Part shown: one piece after another, positions 9,201 through 19,259 of the stretch
Layout: every line of letters begins with the position of its first letter
Numbering within the stretch: the first letter of the stretch is position 1
Notes under the pieces: generated by a model
Databases searched by the model: none
Seen by the model: only the letters and a program-made list of their open reading frames with translations
Told to the model about the DNA's origin: nothing
Position numbers and translations under genes: made by a program
Origin: Seison nebaliae
Taxonomy: Eukaryota
Assembly: GCA_023231475.1 (NCBI GenBank)
Contig: JALJEE010003284.1
Coordinates: 58,604-78,603 of the forward strand
Length of the DNA: 20,000 nt
Direction: 5' to 3'

Positions 9201-12200
9201 AAATCTTGTATTCTTATTCAAAAGACTATTCGTGGATTTTTAGCGAGACGGAAATATGAAAAAATTCGAAATTTTTTGAAAATTCTTTTGAATCAATCTC
9301 GAGGATATTTAGCTCGAAAACATTTGAAAAAGATTCGATTGGACATTTCTGTATTGAGAATTCAATCATTCTATTTGACTTATGTTCAATGTAGAAATCA
9401 TAGACGATTGAATATGTTCGCTATTCTCTTACAACGTCAATGTCGAGGTTATTTGTGTCGAAAGAATTATGAAGATAAACGATTAAGACAATCATTAAAT
9501 ACGATTTCTTCTTTCATTTTAACGATGAAATGTCAAGAGAATTATAAGAAAGCATTAAATGGAATTGTGTTATTACAATCACATTATCGACGACGTGTTG
9601 CTAAGAAGGAATTGAGAAAGAGAAAAAGTGAAATGAGAAATGTTCAACATGTCCAATCTTTGAATAAAGGATTGGAGAATAAGATTATTGAACGTCAACA
9701 AAAAATTTCATTATTGGAAGAGAAATTGAAAGATTCGTCGAGAAATGTTTCTATTCTTCATAACGAGAAGAATGAATTGGATAATCGATTATCGAAGATC
9801 ACTCTCTCTCTCCAACATCAAGGAAAAGAAAAATTGACGTTAGAAGATAAATTGAAGGAATTGGAAGAGGAGAATGAAATGTTGAAAAAGAAGAATTGGG
9901 AAATGGAGGAAGGAATGAAGAAGACGAAAGAGGAATATGAGACACAAATTGAATTGATATCAGCTGATAATGAAAGATTGAAATATTTAGAACATCATCC
10001 AGAAGTAAGTAATCGACGTCGATCGACAATTCGTCGATTATCTGAAGTGAAAACGAATGAATTAACGAAAGTAGAAATCGATCAAACATTAAATGAAGAG
10101 AATGAAATGGAGAAAAATGAAGAAATGAATTTGATCGATTTTGATGATAATTCCAATATTTCGAAGGAAACATATCTTAGCATTATCCTTCGACAACAAT
10201 CCTTCTTACAACAAAGAAAAGAAGAGATTGATCAGTTGAAAGATGAGAAAAGTCAATTGGCAAACGGTCAATTAAATGATTCAATCAATTTGAATGATTA
10301 TGATTTGTCATCAAATCAATCTTTTATTATTCATCAATTAATTCAATTAGATAATCAGAATGAACATATTAAAGAGATTGAGAAGGAAGTTGGAAAATTG
10401 AATAATTTGCTTATAACAAAAGATACTGATACAATATTCAAAAGTATCATTCAAGATAATAAACGATTGACACAAGCAATTGATTTATTGAAGAATGAAA
10501 TGGGAATTATGAGAACTGCTCTAGTTCTCTATCAACAACAAGAAAATAAAGAGTTAACGAGAATTGAGGGAATGCCAAAAGAAGAACACAATCCTCTCCA
10601 ATCACCACAATCAGATAATGAATTAGTTGTCGCATATAAAACATCGAAATTTTTGAACAGGTTTCCAATTTTCTTTCCTTTCACTTTTTTCCTTCTTTCC
10701 ATCCCAAACACATTAACTCTAAAAATGAGTTTAAAGTAAAACATTCCAAAAAGTTTTTTTTGGAATTTTCAAATAGAAAATTTTTACACTCCAAAAATTT
10801 AACTCTATTTTTTTCTTCTTCATTTAAATTGTTTAGGAATGATGATTTTCATTCTCTTTCTATGGAAGAAAAACATATGAACAAGTAATTACATATTTCT
10901 TCTTTCCATATATTAATTACTTCAATTCTTCTCATTTAAATCTCCATTCTCTATTCAGTTTTCTTCATCTTTTTTTTAGAATTTTTTAATTTTTTTTTAA
11001 TTTTTAATTTTTTTAATTTTTTTTGTATTTAATTTTAATGTTAATTTAATTAATTTGTAAGTTTAAAAAGATAATTTTTCTTAAACTAATTTTATGTTAT
11101 TTGGTAACAGGTTATTGGAAATGCAGAATCAAAAGAGGAATGAAGATTTAGAGAATCAGTTGTTGGAATTACGAAAGAAGTTGAAAGATGAACAAAAGTT
11201 GAAGAAACGATTTGAGACAGATATCATGAATTATCAGAATGCTTCACAAGTCACTACAGCTACCGTGAATTTAACATTAGAGAATAGAGTTATCGTATTG
11301 ACGGAACACACGAATGAATTGATGGAAGAAAATAGTCGATTGAGGGAAGAATTGAAATTGTGGATGAGATTATTCAAACACATCACCACCACATATTATC
11401 ATGACTCAAAAGTTTTATTAAGGAATTCAGATGGCGTTCCCGATCAGCGATTGGAGAAAGTGTCGAAAGAATTAAATTTTGGTCATATGTTAACTAAATT
11501 CCAAGAAACGATAACGGCGTTAACTGAGAAGAAAACGAAAGAAGTTGAATATTATCGAGATATTATTTACAATAGTTCACCGGAGAATGAACAATTCAAA
11601 AAATACGGTTCGTATTTAACTGAATTAATTTCGTTTCATATTCCTCATCAAGGCGCCATGTCTGAAGAGATCAGTCGACAATCAATGTTCGAATTAGATA
11701 TGAATAATACTCGTACGATAATTGATGAATTCACGATAAGTTTGAAAATTTCTTAATCAATTAATTTTTACACCTAATCTCTAAAAAGAATATCCGATCG
11801 ATTTGTCGGTGAACTTGAATAAGGAAGAAAATCTGAAATTTAAAGAATTTCCATATATCGCCATGTTCATGTGTGTCCGATATCTGGATTCGTTGGAGAA
11901 TGAGGAGAATATGAACACTTATTTCACTATGATTTTCGAAAAGATTCGAACACTCTGCAGCAATATCCATAATAACGATAAAGATTTGGATAAGAAAATT
12001 AATCGTACAGTTTTCATATTTGCTATTTACGAACGTTTCACTAATTTGCTCAAACAATTCGGTAGTGAAAAAGTTTCTTTTTAAATTCAAATTAAATCGC
12101 ATTATTTTTATTCGTTTTAGTATCTGGCCTCCAGTCCTGAAGATGATTATCTTCAACATTATATGCTCCAGTCTTTCGAGTACAACGAATATTTCCTTCT

Positions 12201-13130
12201 ACTTCGTAAACATTTGACCGTGGCTCTTACTCGATTATTAAACGTGTTGTTCCAAAAACTTTATGAATGGGTGAGAGATCTATGTTGTAATAAGAAGTCG
12301 GAAGTGAATGGAACGAAAAACGATAACGATAAAATTGATGGTTTTGGACAAATAGCTCTATCGCCAATGGATAATGTGGATCCACCGGAAACCAGGAATA
12401 TTTTAGAGCAACTCAAACAGTATTATAAAATGATGAGAGATCACAATTTACATGAAGACACAATCGCTCTAATTTTCCAAAGAGTTTCTTTATTCATTCT
12501 CACAAATTTAATTTAGAATTTTTTTTTAGTTATATCTTTGTATTAATTCTAGTATTATTCGAACGATTTTACTTGTCGGATCTGTGTCATTAGAAAAAGG
12601 ATTCGCTATCAAGTTCGAAATTTCATATATTTTTTTTAAATTTTTATTTAATTAGATATTTGTTGGATCAATTACGAACTTTTGCTAAAGATCATCATTT
12701 GTCGAACAACCAAATCTTCGACGTCGAAGAGAATTTGGCTGCTGCTAACGAACTATCACTCATCATTTTCGTTCATGAAGATGTGAAGAAGATAGTGGAG
12801 ACAGCGAAACATATAAACGCTTTCCAAGTTCCAATATTTCTTATTTAAAATTTAAATTAATTTAACTTAAATTCTCTATTAAAGGTAAAACGAATATTGG
12901 AGAAATATAAAGGTTGTGAGGAACATGATAAGAATATCAAAGCCTCTTTCATTGAATCAGTGATGAGTGCAATGAAATTCAAACAAACTGGATCGGACGA
13001 AACATTGACCACCCCCGTCAAATCCATCATTTATGAAGAGATCACTTTCTCATATTTCTCCTGTCGAGTACATTTGGAAGATGTAGAAATCCCGAAACAA
13101 TTCCGAGATCTACTTAGAAGGAAAATCTAA
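6288..13130 (+). CDS. MYO5: Unconventional myosin class V heavy chain, ~1833 aa, 9 exons
   Basis: Exons 6288-6314 (MTSVELYTK), 6675-7509, 7798-10660, 11111-11739, 11789-12072, 12121-12483, 12530-12612, 12656-12827 and 12885-13130 sum to 5502 nt in frame. Motor motifs [24 protein letters not shown] and QLRACGVLE are present. Six IQ motifs have the class V 23-25-23-25-23 spacing, followed by coiled coil and a divergent dilute (DIL) tail (LKQFGSEK...FEYNEY; IFQRLYLCIN...KGFAIKYLLDQL). Confidence 0.96.
10837..10884 (+). other. Candidate 48-nt in-frame cassette exon in myosin V intron 3
   Basis: Pyrimidine tract and TTTAG acceptor at 10836; open phase 2-2 exon encoding [16 protein letters not shown]; donor AA|GTAATT at 10885. 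Confidence 0.5.
10971..11056. repeat. Low-complexity T(n)AA simple repeat in myosin V intron 3
   Basis: Repeated tttttaa units, almost entirely A/T. Confidence 0.6.
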
Positions 13131-13364
13131 TTCTAAAATTTAAATTTCTATAATATTTATTTAATTCTAATTCGATTATTTGTATATCATTCGAACATGT
13201 CAACACATAATTTATCATCTATTTTTTTATTTTCCCATATCAATTTATTTCGTCTATTTATTTGGAAAGTTCTTATTTCATTTTAGTTTTCTTCTTTTTT
13301 AGTCAATATTATTTATTTATAAAAACTGTTCACAACATGAAAGCGAAAGAAATTATTAAGAGAA

Positions 13365-14576
13365 TTATTCTTCTTTTATCGTATACATCGTATTCCAATT
13401 GATTCCATCAGCCGATTTGGGTTTCGACCAAAATAATGGAAATATTATATTGACATACCAATGAGATCCGAATGCATTCGCTAAATTGCGTCGAATGCCG
13501 AAATTATACGAATTCACTGAACGACTAAATTCATGAGAAGTTAATCCATTTAAAATTAATGCGAAATTATTAAATCCGAGTAAGAATGTGAAAAAGATCG
13601 TTGCCAATCGAATGAATAAAATGAGAATTGTAAAGAATTCAATTACCGTATATTCTTTAGAGATGATGGTACGATAAGCAGTCAATGGGAAGAAATATCT
13701 TGAATAAGAATATGGTGAATTAAACCTTGAATCACTTGTCACTATATCATGAATGAATGCAGGAAAGAAACAAAGAGCCACACCAATCGTAGCCCAAAGA
13801 CAAAAAATGATGAAATATCTCTCATTTTCAAAACCGACACACACCCCAGTGAATGCACAATGATGATCACGTTTCAATATACATTTGTCACATACCTTAC
13901 AATGATGACAACGAATCGGTTGATCGATCTTAAATATTTGGAGAAATATTTTGAAAAAATTTTTAGAAAATTAGGAAACTTGACAAATTTCACAAAATTT
14001 TGGATTACGACGAATTTCTTTGATTTGTTCAACTTTACCCACTTGTAACGAAGCTTCTTGTATTCGAATTAAACTTCTCCGAACAATTTCAATCTTCTTC
14101 CGGAATCTTCGACAACAAATTCGTGATTTCCAATCAAAATTTATGGGATTTGAGCTGCCAACGAATAGTTCTTTGTATAACGCTCTCCCATATGAGTTGA
14201 GATAAGAGAGTTTAATTCCTTTGAGTTTTGTGAAATAATTTCTCGTTGAAAACACTTGACATAACGTGAAATTGATGAAGACTTCGATATAAGAGATGAT
14301 TATCAAGTAGTGGGAATAGAAGAAGAATATATCGAATGTTTTCTTCCATTTATTCTCAGGAGAAATAATCAAATTCGCATTTTCGTAAATGAAAGGAAGA
14401 TGATAAAATAAGGCTTTATAAGTGATAAATAATGTGTAAATGTGGACGATTATGGGGATGAAGAAATTTAATAAAGTGTCTTGCATTTTCGGAGAACAAC
14501 ATCTTTTATTTTCATCTTCCTCTAAATTCATCGGGCAAACTTGACAAGGTATTTCGATAACTTTATCAGTTGTCAT
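13365..14576 (-). CDS. DHHC-type palmitoyltransferase (ZDHHC family), ~386 aa
   Basis: Exons 14576-13980 and 13928-13365. The 51-nt intron 13979-13929 (GTTTCC...TAAG) restores FCEICQ-IDQPIRCHHCKVCDKCILKRDHHCAFTGVCVGFENERYF. Two hydrophobic segments lie on each side, with LTSHE (TTxE-like) and YNFGIRRNLANAFG C-terminal motifs. Confidence 0.93.
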
Positions 14577-15010
14577 ATTTCCCTCTCACTCTCTCCCTTC
14601 TTTCTCTCTCTATGGTAACGAGTCATAAGCTTTTTCGTAAAGTTTAATTCAACCTTTTCAAAATATGAACTTTAATTTTAACATCTTAATATTTTCTTTC
14701 AATATAAGAACACTAATAAAACTAATAAGAATATAATTAATTAAGTTTATTATAATAATTCTAATATATTATTGTTTATAATCATAATTAAGAAAATTCT
14801 AATTTACTCTCGTGCTTAATCTTTAAAGAATAGACACATTATCTCAAAAAACCATTTCTGGCCTCTTTTCTGATTACTTTGATAACTTGGGGATTTAAAA
14901 AATTCACTTATTTATGATAAAAACAAATAATTATTGGAATAAAAACACTCCAAGAGAATTGCAAATGCCATTGAAATAAAAATTAAAAATTACTTTTCTT
15001 TAAAATAAAT

Positions 15011-16006
15011 TTACAGTTTTCTAGCATTTAAAGCAAAATTCATTTCTTTCGACTGACACCAATTCCATTTATTTGTAATTGGATTGAAGAATGTCCCTCT
15101 CACTGCAATCGTATCCAAAGTATCTTCAATTCGAAATATTTAATGATTTTGATGAATTAAAAAACTAACTTAATTTTAATAATTCTTCCAATTTTTTCAT
15201 GTCAATGAATTTATTCCAGTCATGAGTTCCTCTAGGAACAATGTTCAACACATATTCGGCAGCGAAAATTCCAAAGATATAACTAAATAGTGTTCGGTTA
15301 AGAGATGTGAGAAATAGTTGTCCATTACTCTTCAAAAGGAAACAAATGAAGAAGATTTAGAAAGAAAAAAAACTTTTAATAATTTCGATGAATTGCCTAT
15401 GAATTCTGATAAATTATCCACATGTTCTATTACTTCACTTGCCACAATAAAATCATATTTTTCTTGCTCATCTTCCTTTTCTACTAAATTCTCTATCGCC
15501 ACTAAATTATTAATAAATTATTTTGTATAAAAAATTTGACGGAAACTTGACTGATAATCGACTTTATTTGATTGAATCGTTTTCAAAGATCTTCTCTTGT
15601 TTTCTTCAATAACATCATTCACCATATCAATCGCTGTTACTTTGGCACCTAATCTGTTCAAACACTAAAATTTACTGAAAAGTAACAGAGAAAAATGAAA
15701 TAGAAGAACTTCCGATAAAATCCCACCACCACATCCAACATCTAAACATTTCAAATCTTTAATTTTTCCATCAAACTATAAAATTTTATTTATTTTGATC
15801 GAAACTAATCTTTAACAAACATTATCTTTAATCCAAGGCACTCTTAACTCATTATATCTCCGTAATGCAATAAATGGATCATGAGAATTTCCACTCGTGT
15901 TCCACCATCGAGATGAGAATTGTTCAAATTTCTCTAATTCATTTCGGTTAACGGACGAGGATAGTGATCTGGAAATTAATTTATTTGAAATTATTAATAA
16001 CTTCAT
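15011..16006 (-). CDS. COQ3: Ubiquinone biosynthesis O-methyltransferase, mitochondrial, ~256 aa, 6 exons
   Basis: Exons 16006-15821, 15775-15710, 15664-15547, 15501-15374, 15329-15170 and 15123-15011 (introns 45, 45, 45, 44, 46 nt) total 771 nt. Motifs: SVNRNELEKF...RWW, NELRVPWI, LDVGCGGGILSE, YDFIVASEVIEHV, LNRTLFSY...AAEYVLNIVPRGTHDWNKFI, FNPITNKW. The N-terminus looks like a transit peptide. Confidence 0.95.
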
Positions 16007-16164
16007 TTTCTTCTGCTTTTGAAAAAATTTTCAAATTTGTAAATAGAAATGGAAAGTAAATTATTCTAAATTAAATTTCCAGTTTATTAAATTCAAAAAA
16101 TTAAGCCAAAAACACTTTCCAGAATTTCGTTCAAATTTTTTTTCTTACTGTTGGAAATTATTTT

Positions 16165-16385
16165 AGTTTCAATTCTAATGAAACACATGCTGCCTTCAGT
16201 CGATCCTTCATCAGAATGTAGTAATTAGTCTTCGATTCAATTGTATTCGGAAGACAAAAAGTTGAGCAAATGTTTTTTAACGTTCCATCCATGTACCAAT
16301 GTTCATCTTCTAATTCGTTGTAATTCATCTCTGACGAATAATAGATGATATATTCTCTTTTGCGATGTCATCGAATGTTTTGTTC
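16165..16385 (-). pseudogene. Decayed MULE (Mutator-like) transposase fragment
   Basis: Minus frame reads YIIYYSSEMNYNELEDEHWYMDGTLKN...NYYILMKDRLKAA. WYMDGT (16298-16281) matches the MULE first-catalytic-Asp motif W(F/Y)xDGTFK. No start codon or full-length ORF; boundaries approximate. Confidence 0.7.
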
Positions 16386-16479
16386 AGTCGTACTACGTCG
16401 TAGTTCTCCTTATTGATGGTAAGTAACAACCTATTTCGTCATCATATTCGAATTATTTGATGTATTTTTGATATTATGA

Positions 16480-17117
16480 AGGACCTGTATCCACATGTTT
16501 TCAACATTTTGACTGTGAGCTTGAATATGACAAGCTTCTTACAAAAATGATGTTAATTCTCCGTGAATCATATGGCGAATGTCCATTGTTACCAAACGTC
16601 TTCTAATTCAGTTTCCAAGAAAATCCGGAAAATTAATATCATCAATTTTTCTGCAATCGGACAATTGCAACCTACAAGACCGATAAAAAGAAAGTCTTGT
16701 TTTTAGGTTCGTGGTTTGGTCATAAACAGATGGAGAATATAGACGTGGATGTAAAAATAATACCGGCGGGAACCACTAGTAAACTTCAACTATTAGATGT
16801 CTACTTTTTCCGCAAATACAAAATTTTTTTCAACAGAATCGATGAACAAATTAATATTCATCAGAAGCAAAACCCATTATTGAAGAGGAATATAATAATT
16901 CAAATTCATTCGATTGTGCATCACCAAATGCTATCGGACCAATTTCGACCTATGATATTATTCGCGTTCGCCCGTAGTCGCCCATTGTTCCATCAAATCT
17001 CCTTTCTCTAATGTCGTGCAGGTAAGTTTCTAAATTGTTTTTTCTAAATTAGAAGAACACAAATGTACTTTATGTGGAGATAATTCCTTTATATGTTGCA
17101 GCTGGTGTAGGAGACTT
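16480..17117 (+). pseudogene. Decayed pogo-like DDE-1 transposase, C-terminal half
   Basis: KLLTKMMLILRESYGE, then LFLGSWFGH...IIPAGTTSKLQLLDVYFFRKYK...RNIIIQIHSIVHHQMLSDQF (cf. LLLDSWxGH / IPxGTTxxxQPLDV), and after a frameshift a Cys tail CTLCGDNSFICCSWCRR. Stops and frameshifts are present and the catalytic D appears as G. Confidence 0.85.
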
Positions 17118-17149
17118 CTGGAAGTCTGGAACTAAGACTTAGACACACG

Positions 17150-17537
17150 TTGAAATACACTCTGGATTTAAATAATATGATAAACGTTTGTACCGATGGT
17201 GCATCTTCTATGATTTGTCCATAGAAGTAATAATAATTTTAAAACAACCATTTCCACAGATTCGCAGTTTGTGCTAAACATAAAGAAATTAAGTTAATTA
17301 CTGATAATGTTAGGTTTTATCAAACTCTTATCCAATATGAGCAGTATGAAGTATCCAGAAATAGTTTCTTTCGTTCAAAAAAATTTTTGTAAATTTGGTA
17401 CAACATATGCATTTTCTTCTTTGCACTATGTGAAAAATCGTTATCGATCACAATTAAAAGATGAAAAGTTATTAATTAATTTAGTTATTAATTCACTGAA
17501 CAAGAATGAGCCATTCGAAGATGGGGATACGGATTAA
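17150..17537 (+). pseudogene. Internally deleted hAT transposase remnant (Buster/Charlie/GTF2IRD2-like)
   Basis: KYTLDLNNMINVCTDGASSMI (hAT TDGA motif) lies only ~100 nt before a dimerisation-domain-like segment KYPEIVSFVQKNFCKFGTTYAFSSLHYVKNRYRSQLKDEKL. Confidence 0.8.
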
Positions 17538-17975
17538 TTTGAGGAAGATGTTAATCCTTATTTTGTCTAATTGAAAGAATTTAGATTTAAAAATTTATGT
17601 TTTACAGGTACTTTTTATAAATAATTAGTTATTTTTCAACTTCTCTTATGTAGTAAAGATGTAGGCTGTGTACTATACATGGAAAATAGTTTTATATAAT
17701 GAGGTATAAATCTTCCATCCTAAAAAATTTACGTACCTGCCATAGAACGTAAAAATCTAACAGAAACTTTAAAAGCGACAAAGAAGCTCATTATTCAATT
17801 TTAACTAATCCAGAAATGAAATCATTTTACGATATTCTTTCTTTTATTTTTCAGTACTCGTGTAAATTTTTTGAAATTCTACTCAACCGTTTCTATATTG
17901 TCAACAGTTTTTTGTATATAAATTGTTTTAAACGTTCGAGTTTTAGACTATTTTAATTCTTAATTCTACATTTAG

Positions 17976-18513
17976 AAATAAGTATATTGTTGAGCAATTG
18001 TTTCAAAGCGAATTGGAACGAACTTTATTCGTTTTTTGGAATTGGAATTGGAATAGAACTTCCAAAGAATTCCATCAATTCCTCCACTCAACAACCAGGG
18101 AAGAACATCAAATGTTCGTCTTGCCATTCTTTGATGGCAGTGATTCGGTGTATTTTCCGAAGATGGAAGATAATGATGAAGAAGATGATGATGGTAATAC
18201 TGAGAGTGTGCTCCCTTGTTGTTACCATAGGAATTCCCTGCATATGACGGTTGTTGGACAACGAAAAAGGATGATCATTATACAGAATGTTGCACTTATG
18301 GCGAAGGCATTAAATAAAGTTTTGGAATACTATGAATCACTTGAAAGTGGTTTCATTCGTCTTCTAGGACATTGGTTCTTCGATCGATCATGTCAAATAA
18401 TCGGTCTTGGTGAAGGAATAGGACAGTATTCAGTCGTTTACTCTAAAATGGTTTCATATCATAAAAATTTGTTTCACATTCTGGATGTGAAAAACAAAAA
18501 TTTTCCAAGTTGA
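17976..18513 (+). CDS. Unassigned ORF or exon (~175 codons), product unknown
   Basis: Long open frame after a TTTAG acceptor-like site at 17975, with coding-like composition and an acidic tract (EDNDEEDDDG). No recognised motif; I could not resolve the start or flanking exons. Confidence 0.4.
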
Positions 18514-19259
18514 TTCGCTGAAATTCAACAAAGACCAAGCATCTGGACAAGAACATCGCAACATATCTTCCAATCCGAATTGTCAATCATGTAATTGGAT
18601 GTTCGATATTAATTTTCTGATCAATATGAGTGAAAATCAAAAATTCCTAATACCTAATACCTAACTACTATTTAACAACTGAAATAATCAAATAAATTTT
18701 TGTAGATTATAACTAAACTTTTTTTAACTATACCTTGAAATAAATGTATAACTGTTGCATATGCAATGTTTTAAGATGTAAACGTTCTTTTTCAAAAACA
18801 TTTATGTTCTCCCATAGTCATGATGCCGTCAACATCTTTTTTTAACGACCAAGATCGTTAATTATCACTAGAAGTTTTGAATTCGAAAATCCACTGTATT
18901 GTATTACTATGAATGATTATAACATTTCGAAATCTTGGTCATTTAGGAGAAATGAATTATCGATTATTGATCGACTATTAAAATTAAAGAATTCAGTGAG
19001 CATTCTCGATTTTCTTTACCGTATTAGATTAGGTGGTGAGGAACCATTTCCCAACCATATTTATCATAATATTAATCGCCATTCGTTTTATACAACATAG
19101 ATCAGAAGAAATTTTCTGAATTACCCCTTTCTTTGTAATTTTTATGGAAAAGAATTATTTTTTAAATTTTATTATAATTTTGAAGGAACTTTTTTAGATT
19201 AAAGTGCAAAAAACAATAATATGATAACAAATTAAAAATATTATTAGATAAATATAAAA

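Noticed and set aside
10656..11113. AACAGGTT direct repeat at both ends of myosin intron 3
   Set aside because: Mostly explained by AG|GT splice signals plus coding sequence; not seen at other introns.
7891..14205. Antisense and overlapping ORFs within the myosin V and DHHC genes
   Set aside because: Shadow frames of real coding exons with no independent motifs.
14606..14619. Partial RFX X-box (GTTACCATAG on - strand) upstream of the DHHC gene
   Set aside because: Only one half-site fits; insufficient support.
523..15820. Introner/transposon or U12 origin as the explanation for the GTT introns
   Set aside because: Intron bodies share no similarity or TIRs, at least one position matches vertebrates, and none has the U12 GTATCCT donor or TCCTTAAC branch point.
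549..16006. Alternative genetic code or programmed frameshifting to explain the fragmented ORFs
   Set aside because: Every break in the five rebuilt genes is resolved in frame by a GT-AG intron, and conserved residues translate correctly in the standard code.
17019..17027. Perfect canonical donor CAG|GTAAGT
   Set aside because: It lies in the pogo pseudogene and the next AG would give ~31 nt, below the observed minimum; probably chance coding sequence (NVVQVSF).
18036..18058. (TGGAAT)n short repeat encoding WNWNWN
   Set aside because: Three to four units only; an ordinary microsatellite, not a telomeric array.
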